NCBI GenBank assembly: GCA_030141605.1
Contig: JAQGDQ010000064.1
Coordinates: forward strand, 424,116-488,115
DNA length: 64,000 nt
Source of the DNA: Tubiluchus corallicola
Lineage: Eukaryota > Animalia > Priapulida
Direction: 5' to 3'
In this document: piece after piece, positions 33,701 to 45,700 of the stretch
How positions within the stretch are numbered: the first letter of the stretch is position 1
Layout of the letters: every line of letters begins with the position of its first letter
The notes under the pieces: model-generated
What the model saw: only the letters and a program-made list of their open reading frames with translations
Databases searched by the model: none
What the model was told of the DNA's origin: nothing
Program-made: the position numbers and the translations under genes

Positions 33701-36700
33701 CTTAATATTGTAATGTCTATTACACAAGCAACTTCAATATTCATTTATATTTACACTTTTAACCATGTTTGTTAAACAAATTTTTACTGCATTTATATTT
33801 AAACCTTATATACATGACCTAATAAGCAAAGCATCCCTTTGGATATGAGACCTAATTGCACATTTTATCGAAACAAAATAGCGAAATAGATTATCATCAA
33901 TCATGCAAAAATAGTGAACAGAGAATAATTTACTTACCAGTGTCCACCCAAAAATCTTTTGTTTCAAGACTGGTATTCAACGTCGGTGACATAAGCGTAG
34001 TTACAGTTGTACTTTTAGTTGATTTTGCACTGGAATGCGTGGATGTCAGAGAAGAAATCGTTGAAACTGGAATTTGCGTTTGTTTTATGGACGTTGAAGG
34101 TAATGTAGAAGATGTTGTGGATCTTACAGAAGTAGTTCTTGTACTGGTAGGCAAGGTAGACATAATAATAGTAGGCAATGTAGTTGCTGCAGTAAGAGCT
34201 GGAGTAACAGGAACTGTAGAATTAGGCAAAATATTCTCAGTAATAAATGGAAAAGTAGTTGTTGTAGTACGATTTTTTTCCGTAGAACGCAAAGTGGTTA
34301 CAGTAGTAACACGAGAAGTAGTTGTGGTCACAGGCAATGTAATCTTTGTAGTAGATAATGTAGTTGGTGTGGTAAGAGATGGAGTAATAGGAATTGTAGT
34401 ATTAGGCAAAATACTTTCAGTAATAGATGGCATGGTGATTGCTGTGGTGGCAATCTTTTCCATAGAAGGTCTAGTGGTTGCGGTAGTAACACGTGAAGTA
34501 GTTGTTGTGGTCATAGGCAAGGTAATCTTAGTAGTAGGCAATGTACTTGCTGTAGTAGGAGATGATGTAATAGGAATTGTAGTATTAGACAAAGTACTCT
34601 CAGTAGTAGATGGTAAGGTGATTGTTGTGGTAGTAACCTGAGATGTAGTTGTGGTCAGAGGCAAGGAAGTCATTGTAGTAGGTAATATATTTGCTGTGGT
34701 ATGAAATGAAGTAATAGGAACTGTAGTATTAGGCAAAATACTTTCAGTAATAGATGGTACGGTGATTGCTGTCGTGGCAATCTTTTCCATAGAAGGTCTA
34801 GTGGTTGCGGTAGTAACACGTGAAGTAGTTGTTGTGGTCATAGGCAAGGTAATCTTAGTAGTAGGCAATGTACTTGCTGTAGTAGGAGATGATGTAATAG
34901 GAATTGTAGTATTAGACAAAGTACTCCCAGTAGAAGATGGTAAAGTGCTTGTCATCATAGGAGACAAAGTAGCCACAGTCATAGTAGGTGAGGTAACCTT
35001 TCTAGTAAAAGGTAAAGTGGTTTCTACAGTAGTTATTGTAGTAGTAGGCAAAGTGACATCTGTAGTAAGATCCAAAGTGTTTCCTTCAGTCAGATTAGTA
35101 AATGGTAGAGTAGTGGTGGCATTAGTAGAGAAAGTGGTTACTTCCATTTGTTCTGTGGAAGGAGCTTTTGTACTGAAAACCAAAGTCGGGGCTGCAGTAG
35201 AAGTTACAGCAAATGTTGTTGAGAAAGATAAAGGTGAACCAGTGGGGGGTAAAGTACTTTCTTCTTCTGAAGGTATCATTGATACTGTGGTAGAAGGCGT
35301 AAAAGTTGATACTGTCGTAGAAGGCGTAGTAGTAGAGGGTATTATATCATTTGTAACAGAAGGTAGGGCAGTTGTTGCATTAAAAGATGAATCAGTTGTT
35401 GGAAAAGATAAAGCTGTTTCCTTAACAGGAGTCATGGCAGAAAATGTTATGCCATGAGAAGATAAACCTTCAGTGGAATTTAGCAATTCAGGTGAAGATG
35501 TTAACATGGTACCATTAACAGAAAGTGTTGATTCTGATCCAAAAGAAATGCTTGTTGCAGTCGACAATGCAATAATGACCGGAGCAAGGGTGCTGGACAA
35601 TGGGGTAGTCATATCAGATGAAGGCACTGATGATTCTGATGACATCTCGCGAAATTCTTGTTGTACTGTAACAGTATTTGCTTCTGTTGTATTAGACATT
35701 ATTTTGTCTAATGTTGCATTTGTTAAATCAACTGGCACTAGTGTATGTGGTTCAGTAGCAGTAGTAGTAGTCTCTATCGGACTTATAACAGAAGATAACC
35801 ATTTTGGGTATTTTCCAGTTGTTGTTTGATCAGTTATTCCAGTCAAAGTAGTTATGATCTCTCCTGAGGTGAACCCTTCTTCTGCAATGGTTTCATTGTT
35901 GGTAGTAGGTCTAGTTACATCAACAGATTGAGAGACTTGCTCTTCAGATGTTGTGAGTAAGTCAGTGTCAGATGATATAGTTGTATTTTTTGGACTTACA
36001 GCAAAAACAGTAGGCAGGTTAGCTTCATAAGTTGTGTTGACAACAGTTAACAACATGCTTTCATTTGTACGTGAAGTTTGTGTAAAGAGATTCTCAATGG
36101 TGGTAGTTTCATTATCAGCTATGACAAAAATATCTGGTCTATAATTAGGTGTTGCAGATAAATTGGCTGCAGTTGATACATTGATATGGCTATCTGTGAA
36201 ATCATGGTCATATTTCATTGTAACAGTTTCATTGTAATTAATTGCTGATAAAGTCGTATTAAATGTAGTTGATGTTATATATGTATCTGTGGGCCCAACT
36301 AATCCCTGACTGGATAACTCTAATGTGACATTGTCTTCCATCACAACAGTAGCATTTGGTTTTACTGTAAATATATTCTCAAATTCTGTTTTTCCATGCT
36401 TTGTCTCTGTGGGTGCAAGACTGTAAATAGCTTTAACAGTTGTTTGTTGGTCTTCATAAAATGCAGGTGAGATGTCTGTTTCAGCACTTGTAACTGGCTG
36501 GGTGCTGTTATCTTGTGTGTCAAGTGGAAATGTATCATACGTGAAAGTACTAACATCAGCAAAAATAATTTCCAATGACGTGTGATTACTATCTGAGCTG
36601 AAAGTAGAATCTGCAATAGAGCTAGGATATATTGTGGAAACAGTTGCTGTTTCATATCCGTCACCACTCACAAAAGATGTTTCAGTACCTGTCTGTAACA

Positions 36701-39700
36701 AAGTATAATTATCTGGAGTTATAAATGAAGATGCACCATTTTCTAAAGTAGAAGCATTGACAATGTCAGTTTCTAGTGAAGTACTAATATTGTCTCTCAC
36801 TGTAGCAACATCAGCAGATGGTAAACTACTAGTCTTATCCAAGTCACTTACACTTTCTTCTAGAATGACATCTGATGGCTTTAATGTAGTTTGAGAATCA
36901 CTGTAAGTCAGTGAAGTTGCATTATACAGAGGCAACAACCCAGACATTACCAAAGATTCATTGAATTCTGCAGGTGATGTTTCTATTTCTGTTTCAACAA
37001 CCATAGTTGCACTATATTCCAATGTTGAAGACTGAATGTCAGAAATAACTGTCTTATTATGGTCACCTACTTTGCTGTCAGATAAAGTGGATACCATCTC
37101 ATACAATGACAACATGGTATCATTATCAAATGCTGATTCATTATCTACAGGTACTGGGAAAATTTCAGATATGCTCACAGTTGTTTTGTCTGATACATCT
37201 GTGAAGTTTTCTCGAATTGTAGAAGTTTCATTTCCAGCAAATAAAGGCAAAGATGTCCCACTAAACTGGATAGCAACCGACGTTTTATTTATCAAAATGG
37301 CATTTAAACCTTCAGTTGAAAGTACATTAGGTTCTACTGATACACTTTCATTAAAATCATTTAGTGTGCCAATGAAGTAATCGACAGTTTCCTGACTAAC
37401 TTCATCTGTTGATGATGTTAGATTTTCTTTTGCATATGTTTCATTAAAAGCTAATGCTGGTTCAGCTGAAATTGTGCCGTTAAAGTCTTGCATCCCTAAA
37501 GTCGTATGATCATACTGAGCTGTTTGCAAAGACGTATATGCAGATGATGAAGTACTTGCTAAAGTCACATTGTAGTAATACTGCAGAGGTGAAGATGCTT
37601 GTTGCATCAGTGAGACTTTTCCATATTCAATGCCTTCAACTGTGGTATTGTGCTCTAATGATAATGTTTCATTAATGTCCGTTGTTAACATAATAATACC
37701 GTGACTAGAAGTAGTTTGATTAATCTCTGGGGACAGTGAAGATTTCCTATATTCATCTTCTATGCTCTCGTTATACAATAGTGAAGATATGGTGACATTG
37801 CCCACCATTGCAACAGCAACATAATCTTGTTTTGCAGATATGTTAAGATGAAAATCTTTGGTTTGAATATAGTCATCAGCTGTAAAAACTTGCTCGTAAT
37901 AAGGAGTAGTAGAATGCAGTGTATAGTTAAAAGGCAAAGTTTTGTTAGAACCTGATGTTGCATCGTAAAAATCAAAAGTTGCCATGGGTGTAGTTGATGA
38001 AGCATCGAGTTCTTTCTCTGTTTTACTTCTTGTGCTCACGTGATCAAATCTCAATGGTGATGAAGTGGTACTGTACTCTTCTGTTAAATTTTCTGCATAA
38101 CTGGAAACTTTATTTGTACTTTGATTCTGGTCTACTGACACAGTATAATTCACATCTTTTAACATAATAATGTAATAATTTGCAACAGTCTGATTATACC
38201 TGGCAGGCGTTGTTACTGGAATTTTACTAAACTCTTCTGTTGTAGTCACATTATCAAAAGCAGTTTGATTGCCCTCCAAATGTAATGTTGTTGTCCCATA
38301 TCCAGGAGCTTCATAATCCACAGGTGCAGTTTCATTTAAAACAAATGTTTCACTGAGGTGAGAATCATCTGTCGTCTGCTCATACTCAGTTGGTATCAAT
38401 AGTTCTTCCAGTAATGTTTCGTTTTGATAAGACAACGCTGTTGTAGGGGCTTTAGCATAAAATTCAATAGTATGGTTAAGATACGGTAGTGATTTCTCGA
38501 TGGTAGACTCTGGATAATCCGAAAATGCTGTTGCATTCTCATCTGTTGGCAATGACTTGTTTATGTCTTTTCTTGTATCATAATAATCAATAGTTGTATG
38601 ATCTGACATGGGCAAAATTGATATAGGGTCAGGTTTTGTTATCAATGACTCATTATAATTTGTCACTGTAGTGAAACTGTCGGAAAGGAAGGTCCTTTGA
38701 CTGCTAGCTAAAGATGCTTTCTTATGTGTAGCAGATGTACTGGTTCCATAATCCAATGTACTAATTACATCTGTATGTGATTGTGACGTTTCATTAACTT
38801 CTCCTGATGTCATAATAAAATAATCGGATGTCTGATTATATTCTGCTGATGTTGACGATTCATACTGCATGAATTCTGATGTTCTCACATACTTTTCAGC
38901 AGGAATATTAACACTATAGGAGTAAGAGATTGTTTGGTTGTTGTCTATTAACAATGGCATGCTCCCATCACTGTAAATTTTAGTTTCTCCATAATCTGGT
39001 TGAGCAGTGACATTTTCATCTATTAATAATGTGTCATTAATATCTTGTAAAACCGGCTCAGTCAGTATCGGTGTTGTAAAACTTACATCTTTGGATGATT
39101 CATTATATTCTCTTCCTGAATTCTTATCAATGTAAGAAATGGTGGAACCATTATTTTCAGCAAATGACAAAAATGTTTTGTTGTATACTACTTCTGCAGG
39201 TTTTTTATAGCCAGAAAGGACAGTTACGTATAGACTTCTTATTGTGATTGCTTCACTGATGTCTTTAACATCGTAATAATCATCATCTGTATGATTTGAC
39301 TCAGAATGTATTGACGTTACTGTTGTTGTGTGAAGTTCGGCTGCTGCTGTTTTAAGTTTTGGCTGAAAAGCAGTAGTAGCATTGGTATCAGTAGCTTGGC
39401 TTCTAATTTCAGATATTTCTAAGTCACCAAATTCTTCAAAATTTTCAGTCATAGTTATGTTTTTATCTTCTAATAAAGTTTCATTCATATTTTTCGTTAT
39501 AATGCGAAAATCCTCAGTAGTCTGATCATATTCCCATTGCTCTACCTCAGACGTGTCATTGCCACCCACAATTACAGCAGTATCATAAAAGTGTGTAACA
39601 GTTTCATTTCCATCCCATGAGAAAGATGTCAAACCGTATGCATCTGTGCTAGCTTCTTTAAACATTGAAGATGTAGTAACACTTTGTTCCAATATGTCTA

Positions 39701-42700
39701 GCAAAGTCTCATTGTTGCTTTGAAAAGAAGAAATGTTAAAATCAGTAGTTGTCTGATTATGTTCTTCTGATATTAAGGAAGGTACTGCTTTCATAATTTC
39801 AACATAATCGGTACCATAGTGATGAAGAGTCACATTATCATCCTCAGGAAGCGATGTTCCTAGATAAGCTGGCATTTGAGTTTCAATATCCAAATAATGA
39901 ACTGCAGTTTCATCTACAAGATGTGTCTCATTCATATTTTCTAACACGATCATATCAGGTTCAGGTGTGTCCCGACTGTGTTCAACTGTCATTGAGGTTG
40001 TATTGTTTTGGGCTCTTGACAATTCAGTATACTGACTAACAGAAGTCGTATTGCGGTAAGAGGCATCAGTATAATTTGGTGTTGATACTTCGTAAACTGA
40101 ATAGAGAGTAGAATCAAGTTCTTCTTCTGTATGGTAATCAGCACTTGTAAGCTGAGTCTCAACAGGAGAGGTAACAGTTGGTATTATGAAATCATAAATC
40201 TTTGACATGTCAGTGTAATCTTTCACAGTAGTTGACTTGTAATAATTAGCTGCTGACTTATCTGTTAAAGCTCTTTTGCTGTAGGCTACAGTAGATGTCT
40301 CATCATATAAATCACCCGAACCATTTTGTGGCAGCAACGTTTTATTCAGATTTTCCCTTATTTCATCAGTTGTTAGAAAGTACCCATACAGTAAAGTTTT
40401 TTTAATGGTATCAATATGCGTTGTTGCCACCGTTTCACTATAATCTTCTATTAAAGTTGTATTGTAGTCACTGTCAAAACTGTCATTAAACATCAGAGGA
40501 AATGTTGTTGATTTATAATCCGTTGTTGTGCCATTAGGCATCTTTACTGAACTTAAAGATTGGGTATCTTCCCATGACTCATTCTTTTCCCCAATGCTAT
40601 AATAATCATCAGCGGTTTGTTTACCAACTGTTACTGCAAGGGAGATTTCCTCAGTATTTGCAGTCTGATTTCTTAGAATTTGCTGTAAACCTCCTGTTTG
40701 GTTGATTTCAAAAATGTCAGCAAAAGATTCATTTCGCTTCGCTGTCTCATTCTCACTAGAATATAATGAAGACAGTATCATACTAGCCATGGTAATGTCA
40801 AACTCTGCTGTTGTAGAAGTTAGACCGCCATCTATTGGCATGTTTTTACTTAAATGTGTTTGTGAGCTAACATCAAAATTACCAGATACATTACTTGACT
40901 CGGGTGCTCTAGTTGTTAAATTATTTTCCAAGGTTGAACTTTCAATCTTATACAAAAATAAACTGTTAAAATTAGAGTCACTTGTGGAAGTTTCACTATA
41001 GTCTTCATGTGGTAAACCTGGTTCATGACCATAGGTATCATTAATCTCAGTTGACAATAAGGTATAATTGTAGTTTGCTGTTGAAATTTCTTCATACTCG
41101 GACGTTGTAAGTGAAATACTTGGCTCCATCAGCAGAGAGTCGTTGAAATGCTTTAATGTGATATTGTAGTAGTTAGTCGATGTTATATTGTACTCAGATA
41201 TTGTTGAATCCATTTGGTTGTCTATACCAGCGCTTTCATTAAGTGCTTGCACTGATGATGCGCTAGAGTCACTTGTGGAAGTTTCACTATAGCCTTCATG
41301 TGGTAAACCTGGTTTGTGAGCACGGGTATCATTAATCTCACTTGACAATAAGGTGTAATTGTAGTTTGCTGTTGAAATTCCTTCATACTCGGACGTTGTA
41401 AATGAAATACTTGGCTCCATCAGTAGAGAGTTGTTGAAATGTTTTAATGTGATATTGTAGTAGTCAGTCGATGTTATATTGTACTCAGCTATTGTAGAAT
41501 CCATTTGGTTATTTATTTCAGTGCTTTCGTTAAGTGCTTGCACTGATGATGCACTTTTATAAGCTACTATACCTGAAGTATCATTATAATCATCAACTAG
41601 AGTAGCAGAGTGATTAAGATAGAGGGTTTCTTTATGATCTAGTAGTGATGGTGCATCAATTAACAATGATGTCTGATCTTTGTCAACAAATACATTTTTT
41701 GAAGATGCATTGTCGAATGCTATTGACGTATCATTTACAGGAGCAATATATTGGTCAACAATTGCACTGGCATAATCAGATACACTAATAGAGGTGTTGT
41801 AGCCTGTTAGTGAGCTCATATTGTAATCTACAGAGGCAACATGTCCAGAAACAAATTGCGGAATACTGTTACCCAATGCTGAACTATCATTGTAATCCGC
41901 AACTGTAGGAACTGTATCTACAAAAAACACATCATACAAGCTTGCAGAATCATTATGCTCATCTTGTTTTTCAGTCATTACTAGTGTTAAAGTCTCAGCA
42001 TAATCTGTTGATGCTGAAGGTTGTTTAGTTGATGCTGAAGTTTCAACAAATGTCAGGTTAATCTTAGGTGTAACCATATCAGCACTTGCCAAATATAATG
42101 TGCTCTTACTGGAGCTGGAAGGTTTTTGAGTGAAATCATACTCTATTGGTATTTTAGCATAATCCACTGGTGATGAAAAATTTTCAGCTTCCAACAACGT
42201 TACATTGTAATTGGATACCAAAGTTGTATTGTAAATTGAGGAACTTAGAGTTGAGCTGTGGCTATCATTTTTATTGTCAGGCTGGATTTCATCATTTACA
42301 ATATACAAGTCACTTGCACTTCTTGCTAGTTCAACAAAAGAAGCAGTACCAAACCTGTCAATTGCATCTGAACTAGTAGTTGACCCATAAGTAATAGTGA
42401 AATTATTATTATCATATCCCGCTGTAAGGTCGTGGTGGTCATATGTGATTGTTATGTGGTCTGATTCTATTGAAGTGTTTCCATCCTGTTGCTGTTTGGC
42501 TGATTCACTGGGAGCAGCAGGAAGGTATTCAGCAGGAAGTTCTGTATTATTTACGAGAGAAGTATATTCTGGAGGCTCAGTCTCAGGATACAATAGTGAC
42601 TCTGTTATACTACCATTTAGAAAACGTTTATTATCATGCGTTAAAATACCACTAGACTCTGCAACTGTGGTTTTAGCTGGGAAGCCGTCCCATGAACTAT

Positions 42701-45700
42701 GTCCTAAGCTTTCTTCATGAATTTTTGGGAACAATGAGTTTATATATTCTGCATCTAATGTTTCATTATGTTGATCTTTATCTTGCTCACTGTAGTCGAT
42801 CACGCTTTGATTTGAGTCTGTTTTATTAAACACTGATATATTGTACTGGGTATCTATTGGTGTGTATTGTATAAGCTCTAGAGTTGTGTAGTTACTGATT
42901 ACAGAGTAAATATTGTCAGTATCATTAGTAAGTGTTTTATTTCTCCGTAAAAATACTGTTCTACTGTGCAAGTCTTTAATGAAATCTTCGTTGACAGTTT
43001 CATTGTAATCATTCATAATAGTTTCAGATTGTCTTGAGGGCATGGTGGGAATGGATTCCTTTTCTATATCTTGGTTATACTGCTCAGGGATCATGTTTTC
43101 AAAGTCTTCTGCCAAGGTTTTATGATAACTAAAAGTGGTGGATGTGTCAATTTTAATTGGAATTTCATCACTGTTTTCTAATCCTTCAGAGTTATTATAA
43201 TCCAGCAAGTCTGACTCAAAAATTGTAGAGCTCTCGTAAATAAACAGTGTTTCCTTTGTTTCAGACTGATGCTTTGGATCTTCTGAAGCAAATCTTTCAT
43301 CTGGCATAACTGTACTGGTAACATCAAAGAATAAAAAGGTGTCATTTCCTGACAGTGCATCTAGCGTAGACAGAACTACAGACTCTTCGGCACTCTCTGT
43401 TTCCTTCTTATTCTCAAATTTCGCTTCTTTATTAAATGTAGTTATATCACTTTCTGCAAAGCGGTCATGAAGATTCAAACCATGTTGTCCCTTTTCATTA
43501 TAGACATCTGTTGTATCGTCTACAGCATAGCGGGACAATGTTACAGCATCAATCACTTGAGTATCGGTTTCGTTCACAGAACTATTTAATACTCCTCCAT
43601 CATTTATAGTAAAAAATTTCTCAGCACCTCTTTCCCATGTTGAATTTGTAGTATTTGCTTGGAACTGTCCTTTGTACAACAAATCTAAGCCACTTTCACT
43701 TGATGCATCAGTTACATTCTTGATAAAATATGCTGCACTATGTAATGATGTGAGAAGTTTTGCATTCACCTCATCATACTTATTTAGGACATGGCTATAT
43801 TCTGTGGTAAGCAGGTCAGTGCTAATACCAGCAATTGTCGAATCATTGGAAGTATTATTCACGTCAGTCGTAGCATCTTCTAGATGACGAATAAAGGTAA
43901 GGTTTTCTTCATGTATGCTGCTATCATTTACAACGGTATCTGAAGTTAAATTATTTCTTAAATTCTTTTGAATATAATGTAGATAGTCTGCAGCTGAAGT
44001 ATGAAATGTTGAAGTGATATTTTCAACTGCCCATTCACTTTCTGTAGGTAAGATGTCTTTCTCCGTTACAGTTTCATTCAGTTTGCTGATTTCTTCATCA
44101 ATCTTCTCACCAAAGATGCTCGAACTGATTTTGTCACTTTTTTCAGCATTGCTGATATCTTTACTTTGGTCATTTGTATCAGCATAAGATGACTCAAAAA
44201 TTTCAGACATTTCTGCTTCAGTATAAAAGTCATTTGTGACCGCAATTTTATCAGCATTAAGTGTGTGATCAATGTCTTTAGTAAAATTATATTCATCTAA
44301 TCCCATTTTAGTTGATTCAGAATGGAACTGTTCCCCTGTGGAGTTATTGAAATTATCTCTTATTAAGTTAGCAGTCCTTACTAGGTAGTTGGAAGTTTCA
44401 TTAACTTCTTCATCAGTGATCGATTGTTGCAAGTAATCAGCATTAAATTTGGAGCCAATTCTGGAAGTTTGTGAAGCTAATTCATCATCAAAGTAATTAG
44501 CAAGTGAAGACGTATTAGAAGTATTCTCAGCAATGATTTTTACCTCAGATATTAAAGCATCAACTACAGTATCATCAATTTCTTCATCGCTTTTAACATA
44601 TGGCTCTTTGGTTTCATTCACTACCCCGACAGTGTTCAATGTAAAGTTTGCAAGAATTGCATTATTTTCTACGTTTGACAACAACATTGAGTTATTATTA
44701 GTATCTTCGTGTATCAAGGTATTCACGGTTGACAGTATCACATCGTGTTGCAGCTTTTCATTACCGGAAATAACTGAAATACAATAATTTTTTTTAACTG
44801 CATTTCAATTTCGTTTCAATATAGTGTTATAAAATACAATCACTATAATAGAATACAGAAAGCAGGCTTCGGCAGTAGATAGTCACCCAATAATGATTTT
44901 CATCTCCACGGCCTTTATGAATAAATATGAATGTCCACAAACTCAGTGATGATGCTTGGCTTCCGGGTTTATTTTAACAATTTAACATATTTACTGAAAA
45001 ACAAGCTTCAGAAGGCAAAAATAATTAAAAAACTCGTTAGTGAAAATTGAATTGTAAAACATACCTGCACTCCTTGAATCATTATACTGTTGAGCATAAT
45101 ACAACTGATGCATTTCAATATCATTTATAGTCACAGTTGATTCATTTGGTTTATCACTTGAAAATTCTTCTAATGGCACAGGTGTCTTTTTGAGCAACAT
45201 TTCAGTGTCTTCACTAATATCAGTTTCAGCACCATATGATACACTTTCCGCAAGATCCCCATGAGCTATTGAAAGACCATTTAAGGCACTTTCTAAGATA
45301 ATATCACTTATATTATTTGTAGGCACAAAACTTTTATTTTCTCTGGTTGGAAAAGATAGTCCACCGAGTCTAGGGATTCCTGTGGGCAAAGAGCTGAGAT
45401 TAGGGAACAAAAATTCTCCGTCATTTGACTGCACGTAATTTTTGCTAACCAACTCCGAAGACCAAGGTGCAGTCTCCGCTTTTTCCAAACCAGATGTCTG
45501 GCTTGAAAACTCACCATTTTCCATACCACTGGTATCAGCATACATTTCCAAGGGAAAAGATTTACCTGGATAGTCGCCAAACATTGAACCCGATTCTGGG
45601 CCATCTGCAAGTAAAAAATAAAACATTTTAGAGCACTGAGCTTACAAATCAATATATCATACATTAGAGAAAGCATCAACACCCATAATAATTTGGCTGC

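Noticed and set aside
33856-35829. Val-rich plus-strand ORFs (261, 231 and 118 aa) that look like membrane proteins
   Set aside because: They are antisense shadows of the Thr-rich codons of the giant minus-strand exon, with no independent gene signals.
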